DNA of 64,000 nucleotides, from contig DAOWEJ010000103.1 of the NCBI GenBank assembly GCA_030638575.1, positions 5,417 to 69,416 on the forward strand, in the 5' to 3' direction. The position numbers and the translations under genes were made by a program. Positions 34,808-44,621 of the stretch are shown here, piece by piece; the stretch's first letter is position 1, and the number at the start of each line of letters is the position of its first letter. The DNA comes from Deltaproteobacteria bacterium (GTDB lineage: Bacteria > Desulfobacterota > Desulfobacteria > Desulfobacterales > JAUWMJ01). The notes beneath the pieces were generated by a model. That model made no database searches. It had not been told where the DNA came from and worked only from the letters and a program-made list of their open reading frames with translations.

Positions 34808-36574
34808 ATGGAGTCTAAAATTTCTTCAAAAAGTTCAGTCCTGCATTCAATCTTAAGGGGTTTGTTCTCAGATGAACATGCCATTACGGCCATATTGGGT
34901 ATTATAGTGGGGGTGGCAGGTGGTTTTGGAGCTGTCGGGTTTCGCTACCTTATAAACTTTTTCCAGTTTATCTCTTATGGGTCTGCAGCCGAATTGCTTG
35001 GTGTGGTTCAATCGATTCCATGGTATTTCAGGATTGCAATTCCCGCCCTCGGCGGACTGATTGTGGGTCCGGTTGTGTATTTTTTCGCCAGAGAAGCCAA
35101 GGGACACGGCGTTCCGGAAGTCATGTACTCCGTTGCCCTCCAAAGGGGGATTATAAGAAAGCGGATCGTTGGTATCAAGGCTCTGGTATCCGCTGTTTGT
35201 ATCGGAACCGGCGGCTCGGTTGGAAGAGAGGGCCCCATCGTTCAAATCGGCTCTGCAGTCGGATCGACCCTTGGGCAACTATTTAAGGTGTCGGGTAATA
35301 GAATGAGAACTATGGTGGGCTGCGGCGCTGCTGCCGGTATTGCAGCCACTTTCAATGCCCCCATTGCCGGTTCCATTTTTGCCATTGAAATCATTCTGGG
35401 CGAATTTGAAATTGCCAGTTTCAGCCCTATCGTTATCTCTGCTGTTTCGGCCACGGCTATTTCACGCCATTTCCTCGGGGATATCCCTGCATTTATTCTT
35501 CCTGCCTATATCCTTCACAGCCCCCTGGAATTTCCTTTGTATGCTATTTTGGGTGTCTTTTGTGCCCTGGTTGCCGTGGCTTTTACTTTATTTCTCTACC
35601 GTGCAGAAGATGTATGGGATGCGATTAAGTTCCCCGAATATCTCAAGGCAGTCGTGGGGGGATTAATGATGGGAACGATGGGGCTTATGTTCCCTCAGGT
35701 TTTAGGTGTAGGTTACGGCGCTATTGATCTGGCGCTTATGGTAAAGCTGTCCTGGTGGTTCATGGGTCTTCTGGTTCTCTTTAAAATCCTGGCCACATCC
35801 ATTACGATCGGATCTGGAGGTTCCGGCGGCATTTTTGCGCCTTCACTTTTTATGGGTGCTATGGCGGGAGGCGCTTTTGGAACGGTCGCTCATCATTTCT
35901 TTCCTTCAGTGGCGGCCTCTGCCGGAGCTTATGCTGTTGTCGGCATGGGAGCGGTCGTGGCTGCCACCACACATGGCCCTTTACAAGCGATATTGATTAT
36001 TTTTGAAATGACCGGTGACTACAAAATAATTCTTCCACTGATGATTACATGCATTATCAGCACCCTGGTTGCAAGACGGCTATGCGGTGAATCTATTTAT
36101 ACCTTTAAATTAATAAGAAGGGGGATAAACATCAAGGCGGGCAAAGAGGTCAATGTATTAAAATCAATGTATGTAAAAGATGTGATGTATCATAATGTAG
36201 AAACAGTACCGGAGAGCATGTACCTGAAAGAATTCGCCGAAAACCTGCCGGAAAGCAGGTCTAACAATTTCATAGTTGTTAATGATGAAGAGGAAATTAC
36301 CGGGGTGCTTACATTTCTAGATTATTATGACGCCTTATTTCGTGGAAAGATAAATGATCAGATGGTAATAGGAGATATTGCAGCCCGGGATGTGGTTACT
36401 GTATCAAGGGAAGATAATATCAGCACGGCTCTGGGAAAAATCACTGCGGAGGATTTCTCTATTCTGCCCGTTGTGTCCTCGGACAATCCTTTAAAACTGT
36501 TAGGAATTCTGACGCGCAGAGATATCCTTGAAGCTTATGATGAGGCTGTGGTTAAGAAATCTATCAAAAAATAG
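34808..36574 (+). CDS. ClC-family chloride channel/antiporter with C-terminal CBS pair
   Basis: Selectivity-filter motifs GSVGREGP, GAAAGIAATFNAPIAG and GSGGIFAPSLF, with two CBS motifs at the C-terminus. Confidence 0.92.
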   Translation: MESKISSKSSVLHSILRGLFSDEHAITAILGIIVGVAGGFGAVGFRYLINFFQFISYGSAAELLGVVQSIPWYFRIAIPALGGLIVGPVVYFFAREAKGHGVPEVMYSVALQRGIIRKRIVGIKALVSAVCIGTGGSVGREGPIVQIGSAVGSTLGQLFKVSGNRMRTMVGCGAAAGIAATFNAPIAGSIFAIEIILGEFEIASFSPIVISAVSATAISRHFLGDIPAFILPAYILHSPLEFPLYAILGVFCALVAVAFTLFLYRAEDVWDAIKFPEYLKAVVGGLMMGTMGLMFPQVLGVGYGAIDLALMVKLSWWFMGLLVLFKILATSITIGSGGSGGIFAPSLFMGAMAGGAFGTVAHHFFPSVAASAGAYAVVGMGAVVAATTHGPLQAILIIFEMTGDYKIILPLMITCIISTLVARRLCGESIYTFKLIRRGINIKAGKEVNVLKSMYVKDVMYHNVETVPESMYLKEFAENLPESRSNNFIVVNDEEEITGVLTFLDYYDALFRGKINDQMVIGDIAARDVVTVSREDNISTALGKITAEDFSILPVVSSDNPLKLLGILTRRDILEAYDEAVVKKSIKK

Positions 36575-36904
36575 AAAGTATAACCTGAATTTTGGTAAAT
36601 GTTTAAGGGGTAAAGGTTTTATCCTTCCATGTAAGCAAATTTAAGTTCGGGTGTTATCCTTTGAAAAATGAATCAATTGCAACCATTAAGGCTCATAGGT
36701 CGCAGGAGGAATGCGAGTTATCTCCCACCTCCCGCATTCCTGTAGAGACCTTTGTCTCTCCTTTGGGTAGTTGAATTTATATTTGTTTTCTTGTATCATT
36801 AGTTTTCGTGACGGATTATTGGGAACTGCGCGCAGCGTAATACAACAAAATGCTACGTGACCGGTTGAAATAGACGACAACTATTTAATAAAACGGAGGA
36901 TATT

Positions 36905-37198
36905 ATGACACGATGCAAAAAATGCGGAAAAACCGGTCTTTTCCATAGAATTGAAAAAGATACCGGATTATGTCTTTCCTGCAATGAGAATTTTGCCAGG
37001 GAAGGAAAGGATCTGACTGAAAAAATTGTACGGGCTAAAAAAAATGCTGCTGAAGCAAAAGAACCTGCTCTGGTCCGGGAGAAGTGTAAAGAGGTCGAGC
37101 GTTACGGAAGCTATTTAATTGAATTACACAGACGCTACAATCTTGAACCCAGTCAGGAACTTCTGGATTTAATCGAAACCTACAAAGATAAAAGGTGA
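36905..37198 (+). CDS. Small zinc-ribbon protein (hypothetical)
   Basis: CKKCGK...CLSCN at the N-terminus and a helical charged remainder. SD ACGGAGGA upstream. Confidence 0.5.
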   Translation: MTRCKKCGKTGLFHRIEKDTGLCLSCNENFAREGKDLTEKIVRAKKNAAEAKEPALVREKCKEVERYGSYLIELHRRYNLEPSQELLDLIETYKDKR

Positions 37199-37251
37199 GT
37201 TTTATGAAAATAAAACCAAATTATTGGGATAAGTCCCTATATTTTTAAACT

Positions 37252-37426
37252 GAGCCAATTTCAAAACGTCCCCTTTTGTCCGATATCTGCGTCAGGTTCA
37301 AATTTTGGCACACAGTGAAGCTTTAGCGCTATCCTCGATCCGCCTCAGGCGGACCTGTGGTTAATCCGCCTGCGGCGGATCGCCTTCCTTGATCTTGAAC
37401 AAAATTGAACATTTTGAAACCGCCTC
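37252..37426 (+). mobile_element. MITE-like repeat family A, copy A4 (degenerate ends)
   Basis: GAGCCAATTTCAAAACG...ATTTTGAAACCGCCTC aligns to the family A termini. Internal double GATCCGCC hairpin module. The flanking AACT repeat is only partial. Confidence 0.7.
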
Positions 37427-37460
37427 AACTATTTGAAGTTTTCATCAAGAAGGAGGATAC

Positions 37461-37940
37461 ATGACTGATAAACATGACAAGATAGAAGATTTAATCATTC
37501 CACTGAGTGATTATCCCCATATGCCATACTGGGGAACACTTCGGGAGGCAATCGCCCAGCTCAATGTCGCATATGAAACAGGCCACCATACAGTCCTGGT
37601 CTTTGACGAAGGATACAAGCTTGTAGGGATGCTTTCACGAAGGAATATTTTAAAAGGTCTGGTTCCTAAATTTGCAAACCAATATTCAGAAGGCATACCC
37701 GTATTCTGGGATGACTTATTCGCGGCGGGAAGTGAAGAGCGACTTGCCCTTCCGATTAAAGATTTTATGTCTAAAGCTAAATCAAGTATGGATCCTAAAG
37801 ATAGTCTCCTTAAGGCGGCGTATATTCTCCTTGAGGAAAACACTTATGTACTTCCTGTTATGGAAGCGGAAAAGGTTATCGGTGTCGTGCGGATGGACGA
37901 TATATTCCATGAAATTACCAATGTCGTTTTAAAGCTGTAA
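37461..37940 (+). CDS. Stand-alone CBS-pair protein
   Basis: LVGMLSRRNILKGL and VIGVVRMDDIFHEI are CBS motifs. SD GAAGGAGGA upstream. Confidence 0.75.
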   Translation: MTDKHDKIEDLIIPLSDYPHMPYWGTLREAIAQLNVAYETGHHTVLVFDEGYKLVGMLSRRNILKGLVPKFANQYSEGIPVFWDDLFAAGSEERLALPIKDFMSKAKSSMDPKDSLLKAAYILLEENTYVLPVMEAEKVIGVVRMDDIFHEITNVVLKL

Positions 37941-38025
37941 TCAGTCTCATCCTGCAAATCAGTTAATAATGTAATTGTCTTAAGATAAAGATATCGGAGC
38001 AAAATGAATATTCCTTTTACTCCTT

Positions 38026-38184
38026 GAGACCTTTGCAAAACGGCACTTTTCGAAGTCTGCGCTTATCTGCCCGATTTCTGCGTCAGGCTCAAATTTCAAT
38101 CCTCGAAATATTAAATATATTCCTGTGGTTGAAATTTTCGCCTTTTTTGAACTCGAACAAAAATTACCATTTTTCAAAGGTCTC
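38026..38184 (+). mobile_element. MITE-like repeat family A, copy A5
   Basis: Canonical termini. 5-bp direct repeat TCCTT (38021-38025 and 38185-38189). Confidence 0.9.
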
Positions 38185-38264
38185 TCCTTTAAAGGCAAGC
38201 CCTTTGTATAAGAATATTTATTGGCTTTTTGTGAGTCAACATGATTATTACAGCAAGGAGATAA

Positions 38265-40853
38265 ATGGCGAAATTTTTAAGCATTTTCGATTTTTTTAGT
38301 AAAAATCGGCGTGACAAGGTCCTTAACGATGAAGATGAAAAAGAGCTTTTTGTCGAACGTTACAGGGCCTTTCGCGAGATCCTTAAAAACAACCACCAGG
38401 TGCTGATGACCATGGGAGATATGCAGGAAAAGGCCGGCGGAGCCTACCTGTTTGATAAAGCTTATATCAGGTCTTCAAGCAGCACTCTGCTTTTAGGGAT
38501 TGAGAAAATTATCGGCCAGTTGAATCTGCTTTCCGATGACCGGTATAAGGGCCTGATTGTTTCATTTCAAAAATGTATGGCCGGAATTCAAAATCTGCTG
38601 GAATCCAGGATCAGTATTCCTCAGACAGAATGTACTAAAGATTTAAAAAAAATAACTAAAAGAGATATTGCATCGGCCGGAGGAAAAATTGCAAATCTGG
38701 GAGAACTTACCTCTGCACTTGATCTGCCGATTCCCCCCGGCTTTGTTATAACGACATGGGCCTACAAGTCATTTATGGAATTTAATCAAATCCAGGATTT
38801 TTTAGTAGATGAGCTAAAGAAGCTGGATATTCGTAATTACGATGCTTTGCGGGCAACAACCGATATAATTCAAAAAAAAATTCTAAACGCCAACATTCCG
38901 CCCGAGCTGAAAAATGAAATATTGGACGCATACCGGACCCTTTGCCATGTAACGGGTCAGTATCAACTCAAAGTAGCCGTGCGAAGCAGCGCCATTCATG
39001 AAGATATAAGAGCAAGTTTTGCAGGGCAATATATAAGCGCTTTGGATGTGCCGGCGGACAGGATTTTGGATGAGTACAAATCCGTTATTACAAGCCAGTT
39101 TTCACCACGGGCGATTTTCTATTTTAAAGATAAACAATTTAATATTGAGAACATGGCGATGGCTGTCGGAGTCCTCGCCATGGTGGATGCTGATGTCAGC
39201 GGTGTCATGTATTCACGTGATCCTGCAAAGCCGGACGAGCACTGCTCCCTTATTAACGCGGTTTGGGGTCTGGGAGAATATGCTGTTGGCGGTGTGGTTT
39301 CAGCAGATTACTACTCTGTTTTAACAGAAAATGGTGAAAAAAATATTAGTCTGGAATGTGGCGATCAGAAAGTAATGATGGTTACAAATCCGGAAGGTGG
39401 AACAGACGAGGTCGAAGTTCCTCGGGATAAGCTTGGCACACCATGTCTGGATAACGACCAGATAAAAGACCTTGTTGTCATAGCAGAAAGATTAGAAGAT
39501 CATTTCGGGTATCCCCAGGATATTGAATGGTCAATTGATAAAAAAAACCGGATATACGTTTTGCAGAGTCGGCCTTTACACTTTGCCTCATCTGCACTTA
39601 GGTCCGGAACGAAAAGGCCTTCTGTTATCAAAGGACAAACAATTTTGCTTAATAAGGGGAAAGTAGTCTGTCGCGGGGTTGGTGCAGGGAATGTTCATAT
39701 TGTGCGGCGGGAAGAAGATATGGCGAATTTTCCTGATAGTGGGGTACTTGTGATCAGACATAGTCATCCTGAATTTGCAGTTTTGCTTAAAAAGGCGTCG
39801 GCTGTTATCTCCGATGTCGGCACACCTCTGGGTCACCTGGCTACAGTGGCACGAGAAAATAATGTGCCTGCGATTTTTAATACTGAAAATGCAACAAAAA
39901 TTCTCGAGAACGGCATGAAAGTTACAGTTGATGCCGTATACGCTAATGTTTACAAAGGAAGTGTAGATGAACTTTTAGGCCAGGGAAAAAAAGAGGACGA
40001 TTTTTCTTCATCTCCGGTTGTTAAGCAACTTAGAGAAATTTTAAAAGTAATTACGCCATTGAATCTGACCGATCCCCGCAGTCCATCATTTACTCACACG
40101 GGATGCAAGACTTTGCATGACATCACACGTTTTTCCCATGAAATGGCAATGCAGGAGATGTTTGATTTAACTATAGACAGCAATTTTTCCGAGCGATCGG
40201 CCAGGCGGCTGGTTGCTGAAATTCCGCTGCAATGGTGGGTCATCGATTTGGAAGACGGAATTCAAGGGGGCAGTAGAGGAAAAACCGTTAGAATTGACCA
40301 GATCGTCTCTATCCCAATGCGTGCCTTATGGGAAGGAATGATAGCTATTCCTTGGAAGGGTCCGCCGCCTATTGATACCAAAGGATTTCTTTCGGCGATG
40401 TTTAAGGCTTCGAGCGATCCAAGTATTGATCCCGCAGTATCAAAACGCTTTGCCGATAGAAATTATATTCTTGTTGCCAGGAACTTTTGCAATATAAGCG
40501 CACGACTCGGATTCCATTTTTCTACTACCGAATCATTTATTGACGAGGAGGAGAACCAGAATTATATCAGTTTCGTATTTACCGGCGGCGGTGCGGATGA
40601 TGGAAGAAAAAACCGACGGGTTAAATTAATATCAAGGCTTCTTGAACGATTCGACTTTCGTGTTACATTAAGAAACGATACTGTTTTTGCCCGTATAGAG
40701 GGGTATAAGCCTGCTTTCATGAAAGAGCGCCTTAAAGCGCTCGGTCATATTATTGTACATACACGTCAGATGGATATGGTTATGTACAATGACAAGATGG
40801 TTGACTGGTATTATAAAGAAATAGAGAAAGATATTTTATCTTTTTTTAGTTAA
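38265..40853 (+). CDS. PEP-utilising (PpsA/PPDK-like) enzyme with non-canonical C-terminal domain
   Basis: N-terminal ATP-grasp/PPDK_N region (ASAGGKIANLGEL...VAVRSSA..ED) and a swivel phosphohistidine domain (SDVGTPLGHLATVARENNVPA). In the last ~310 aa I see none of the PEP/pyruvate TIM-barrel motifs. Confidence 0.7.
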   Translation: MAKFLSIFDFFSKNRRDKVLNDEDEKELFVERYRAFREILKNNHQVLMTMGDMQEKAGGAYLFDKAYIRSSSSTLLLGIEKIIGQLNLLSDDRYKGLIVSFQKCMAGIQNLLESRISIPQTECTKDLKKITKRDIASAGGKIANLGELTSALDLPIPPGFVITTWAYKSFMEFNQIQDFLVDELKKLDIRNYDALRATTDIIQKKILNANIPPELKNEILDAYRTLCHVTGQYQLKVAVRSSAIHEDIRASFAGQYISALDVPADRILDEYKSVITSQFSPRAIFYFKDKQFNIENMAMAVGVLAMVDADVSGVMYSRDPAKPDEHCSLINAVWGLGEYAVGGVVSADYYSVLTENGEKNISLECGDQKVMMVTNPEGGTDEVEVPRDKLGTPCLDNDQIKDLVVIAERLEDHFGYPQDIEWSIDKKNRIYVLQSRPLHFASSALRSGTKRPSVIKGQTILLNKGKVVCRGVGAGNVHIVRREEDMANFPDSGVLVIRHSHPEFAVLLKKASAVISDVGTPLGHLATVARENNVPAIFNTENATKILENGMKVTVDAVYANVYKGSVDELLGQGKKEDDFSSSPVVKQLREILKVITPLNLTDPRSPSFTHTGCKTLHDITRFSHEMAMQEMFDLTIDSNFSERSARRLVAEIPLQWWVIDLEDGIQGGSRGKTVRIDQIVSIPMRALWEGMIAIPWKGPPPIDTKGFLSAMFKASSDPSIDPAVSKRFADRNYILVARNFCNISARLGFHFSTTESFIDEEENQNYISFVFTGGGADDGRKNRRVKLISRLLERFDFRVTLRNDTVFARIEGYKPAFMKERLKALGHIIVHTRQMDMVMYNDKMVDWYYKEIEKDILSFFS

Positions 40854-40924
40854 GAAAATTAAAGCCTGGTTATTTTATAACAAATATATTTATTTTTGCC
40901 CGGTTTTAAGAATAAGGTGTAATT

Positions 40925-43159
40925 TTGAAGAAACTGCAGGAGGATGTCAAATCCAAACATACTGTCAGGTTGGTTATTATTATCATCCTTGCCTTACTGG
41001 CTGGTGCGATTGCTCTGGGTTATTATTCCGTTAAGGATATGAAGCGAATGATCGGTAAGGATTTTAATGATCAACAGCTCGCTCTGGCCAAACATGCCTC
41101 TGTTATCGTTGAACAATATTTTAAGATTCTTAAAAACGAACTTCTCATATCAGGTCTATCTCCTTCAATTCAGTATATTGAATCCGTTTCCTGGCGTAAT
41201 AGAATGGAGATATCATTATCGAGTGTTCGTGAATACGGTGTCTTCAGGATTATGCTTATTGATGCTGATAAGATGCAGACTTACTCTATTGACTACAACC
41301 GGGCGTTGTTTCAAGAAAACGGTTTAGATACTGATGCCGAGTATTTTAAATGGTGCAAAAACCCAATAAATAAAAACAAAGTATTTATCAGCAGCGTGCG
41401 GGAAGGCATTGTCGAAAACTCGGAGCCCGGACTCGTTATGGAAATGGCAACGCCTGTTTACCAGATTTCTCCTGACGAAGCCCATCCCACACCGACTAAT
41501 AAATTCACAGGCGCACTTGTTTTTTCCTTAGACGTTGAATTGTTGACAAAAAGGGTTATAAGCCCAATCAGATCGGGCAAGAGCGGTTATGCATGGGCCA
41601 TTGATCAGCAAGGAAAGTTTCTATATCATATGGAGAAGAAGTTTATTGGTCAGAATGCCTTTGAAGCCAGAAAGCTCGAAGATTCGCATATTTCCTTTAC
41701 CAAGATCAATCTTATTCAAAAGGAGAAGATGTTGCAGGGAAAAGAAGGATCTTCCTGGTATATATCAGGCTGGCACCGGGGGGAAACCGGCCGGATGGAA
41801 AAACTAATCGCTTTTGCTCCTGTTTATATCGGTGGAGCTAACAACACACAAATATGGTCGGTGGCGGTCGTAGCGCCTATGAGTGAAGTGCAGGAAACGA
41901 TTTATATTGTTTATTTCAGGCAGGCAATGATCCAGCTCGTTTTTACTCTGGCTGTTATAGTCATCTTGTTTTTTCTCAGAGCAAATGAAATTAGCTGGAT
42001 TAAGACGCTTGAACGAAAGGTAAAAGAAAAAACCGAAGATCTCAAAGACTATGCCGAGCGCCTGAAAAATTCAGAGAAAAGATACCGAAGCCTTATTGAA
42101 TCGGCTGACGACATGATATATGCACTGGATAAGGATTGTAACATTCTTAGCATGAATCAGAGTTGGACACGGCTTACAGGGCAAAAGGCTGACAATATCA
42201 TTGGGAAAAATCTTTTAGATGTTATTAAATTCAGCAAACCGGATCATATTTGTGCGATTGTCGAAAAGGTATTAACGGAAGATCAGGCAATCGCTCAAGA
42301 AGAAGCTGCCAAAATAGGTGATCGTGAATACTGGCTTAACACCAAATACAATCGTGCAACAGGGATTGGAATTTTCGAGGATTTTGATAAGCCTTTTGTT
42401 CTAGTGATTGCACGAGATTTATCAGAACATAAACAGATCGAATCGCAGCTCTTTAATACACAGAAATTAGCTTCTCTGGGAGAACTATCGGCCGGGGTTG
42501 CTCACGAAATCAACAACCCTATTGCCATTATTCTTGGTTTTACCGAAATGTTGCTGGAAAAAACCACTGAAGAAACGAAGCAGCATAATATGCTTAAAGC
42601 GATTGAACGCCAGGGGGAAAACTGCAAACGGATCGTTGAAAATCTGCTGGCCTTTTCCAGAGTTCAAAAAAAGGAAACCACCTATACAGATGTAGCAGCC
42701 GACCTGCATAAGGTCATCGATGTGGTGGAAAATGTGCTTCTTACAGAAAAAATTGATATCAATATAAAAATTCCTGACAATCTTCCAAGAGTTTATGGTG
42801 ATAGCCAGGAGCTGGAGCAGGTTTATCTCAATATCATCAACAATGCTGTAGCAGCAATGGAGGACGGGGGTTTACTGTCTATTTCCGTAGATAAAGATAA
42901 GGAAATGATGCGGATAAGGTTTCAAGATACCGGCAGTGGGATTCAGCCTGAATATCTGGATAAAATTTTTGAACCGTTTTTTACGACAAAAGAGGTTGGA
43001 AGGGGGACCGGACTTGGCCTTTCCGTAAGCTATGGTATTGTAAAGAAGATTGGAGGAGAAATTTACGTAGATAGTCACCTTGCGTTGGAGGAGGATGCTG
43101 AATCAGGCACAATATTTACCATACTTCTTCCCATTGTGGATGATACAAAAGTGGCGTAA
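40925..43159 (+). CDS. Sensor histidine kinase (periplasmic Cache-like, PAS, HisKA, HATPase)
   Basis: TM-flanked extracytoplasmic domain and a PAS segment. H-box SAGVAHEINNP, N-box NIINNAVAAM, G-boxes DTGSGI and GTGLGLS. TTG start. Confidence 0.9.
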   Translation: MKKLQEDVKSKHTVRLVIIIILALLAGAIALGYYSVKDMKRMIGKDFNDQQLALAKHASVIVEQYFKILKNELLISGLSPSIQYIESVSWRNRMEISLSSVREYGVFRIMLIDADKMQTYSIDYNRALFQENGLDTDAEYFKWCKNPINKNKVFISSVREGIVENSEPGLVMEMATPVYQISPDEAHPTPTNKFTGALVFSLDVELLTKRVISPIRSGKSGYAWAIDQQGKFLYHMEKKFIGQNAFEARKLEDSHISFTKINLIQKEKMLQGKEGSSWYISGWHRGETGRMEKLIAFAPVYIGGANNTQIWSVAVVAPMSEVQETIYIVYFRQAMIQLVFTLAVIVILFFLRANEISWIKTLERKVKEKTEDLKDYAERLKNSEKRYRSLIESADDMIYALDKDCNILSMNQSWTRLTGQKADNIIGKNLLDVIKFSKPDHICAIVEKVLTEDQAIAQEEAAKIGDREYWLNTKYNRATGIGIFEDFDKPFVLVIARDLSEHKQIESQLFNTQKLASLGELSAGVAHEINNPIAIILGFTEMLLEKTTEETKQHNMLKAIERQGENCKRIVENLLAFSRVQKKETTYTDVAADLHKVIDVVENVLLTEKIDINIKIPDNLPRVYGDSQELEQVYLNIINNAVAAMEDGGLLSISVDKDKEMMRIRFQDTGSGIQPEYLDKIFEPFFTTKEVGRGTGLGLSVSYGIVKKIGGEIYVDSHLALEEDAESGTIFTILLPIVDDTKVA

Positions 43160-43207
43160 AGTCGCTAACAAAAAAATATTCTAAAAATTTAACCGGAGGA
43201 TAAGATT

Positions 43208-43615
43208 ATGCCTGAAAGGATAATCATCATTGACGATGAAATCGACATGTTAATGTTACTAAAAATGATTCTTGAAGATAGTACTGAATATGTAGTTGAA
43301 ACGACCAACAATCCGTCTGAAGGGTTGAAATTGCTAATTGAAAAAAAGTTTGATCTTGTAATTACTGATTTGAAGATGCCTGGTCTTGACGGTATGGAGC
43401 TTTATTCAGAGATAAATAAAATCCATCCTGATGTTCCGGTTATCATAATTACAGCTTACGGCTCTCAAGATGTAGCCGACGAAGCAATCCAAAAAGGTGT
43501 AACAGACTTTATTACCAAACCATTTAAAAAACAAAGAATTTTGTTTAGCATCAAAAAAGCGTTTGAGATAACAAAACTAAGAAAGGAAAATCTGGAACTT
43601 AAAGGAAAATTGTAA
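43208..43615 (+). CDS. Single-domain response regulator (CheY-like)
   Basis: IIIDDE...DLVITDLKMPGLDG...TAYG...KPF; 135 aa, receiver domain only. Confidence 0.9.
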   Translation: MPERIIIIDDEIDMLMLLKMILEDSTEYVVETTNNPSEGLKLLIEKKFDLVITDLKMPGLDGMELYSEINKIHPDVPVIIITAYGSQDVADEAIQKGVTDFITKPFKKQRILFSIKKAFEITKLRKENLELKGKL

Positions 43616-43660
43616 CATTTTAGCATTTTAAAAAGCCGTATTCAGAAATCGAAGTTTTAA
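43614..43660 (+). repeat. Family E repeat, copy E3
   Basis: AACATTTTAGCATTTTAAAAAGCCGTATTCAG... starts inside the stop codon of the response regulator. Confidence 0.45.
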
Positions 43661-43820
43661 TAAGCCATAGGCTTATAAAGACGTGTCGAATTCACGCACT
43701 TGTCCGCCTTTGTAGTGTAAGTAAGCGTAAAGAAAGAACAGGTGTAATCCTTTTATAAAAAATTTACTAAACTGTCATATTATTTGTAAAAGTTAAATAC
43801 ATTTTTTCCTGCAAAGAATC

Positions 43821-44282
43821 CTACCCGATATTCGGCATGAGAGTCCACTTGATTATCCAAGAAAGAGTGTCAGGATCTTTATCTAAGCAAACAATACCCC
43901 CGTTTTGAAACTTGAAGACAGCCTTTTCGATAGAGCCGGTTATCAGGTAGGCTGTCAGCCTTTCCATAAAGGGAAGGTGACCAACTATCATTATGTTATC
44001 TTTACTGTTTATGGTATCTGCAATGGCTGTCACATCGTCTAAAGGTTTCAACCCGCTTCTTTCATGGATACCTCCGGAGGGCTTAAGGGCTGAAGCGAAG
44101 ATTTCAGCAGTCTGGCGAGCCCTTGTTTTCACGCTGTGGTTGATTTGCGAAATGTGAATAGAGTAATCTTTTGCGACATTTGCAATGCGCTCAACTTCTG
44201 AAATCCCTTCTTTTGAAAGACCCTGATCGGGGTCTATGTCCTTGGGTAGACTCTTGCCGTGTTGTACGAGAAAAACTGCCAT
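43821..44282 (-). CDS. sixA: SixA-like phosphohistidine phosphatase (QHG variant)
   Basis: MAVFLVQHGKS (Q replaces the R of the RHG motif), HSVKTRARQTA and IVGHLPF. Start set at ATG 44282; the track's TTG start is at 44333. Confidence 0.7.
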   Translation of the reverse strand: MAVFLVQHGKSLPKDIDPDQGLSKEGISEVERIANVAKDYSIHISQINHSVKTRARQTAEIFASALKPSGGIHERSGLKPLDDVTAIADTINSKDNIMIVGHLPFMERLTAYLITGSIEKAVFKFQNGGIVCLDKDPDTLSWIIKWTLMPNIG

Positions 44283-44339
44283 AATATTTATCCTCCTTGA
44301 AAGTTTCAGTAATTCAGTATATATGATGTTCAAAGAGTT

Positions 44340-44523
44340 GATGGCGTCGTGAAAAATTTCATCTACTGCGTTGTAGCGGTTTTTCAGGAACTCGACATAC
44401 TATATATGTATAGTCTCGTCCCTGAAAAACCGCTATGCCTTTTTATCCCGCTGATTTTTAGCGGGGGTATATGAGCCTTTTTATTTAGCCATCCGGCCCT
44501 TATAGACTTTTTACGATACCGTC
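44340..44523 (+). mobile_element. MITE-like repeat family B, copy B5 (divergent interior)
   Basis: GATGGCGTCGTGAAAAATTTC...GACTTTTTACGATACCGTC. The internal hairpin is TAGCGGTTTTTCAGG...CCTGAAAAACCGCTA. No clean flanking duplication. Confidence 0.65.
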
Positions 44524-44621
44524 AAAATTGATACGATATCAAATTAAAAACATCAATATATATCTCTTATATACGGTATAGCAACTCTTTTGTAACCTGA
44601 ACTGAATTTGGAGCAGATGAT

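Noticed and set aside
37300-37320. TGGCAC motifs inside family A copies (also at 3933 and 8131) as sigma-54 promoters.
   Set aside because: No TTGC/GC element lies at the -12 spacing, and the motif is part of the repeat consensus.
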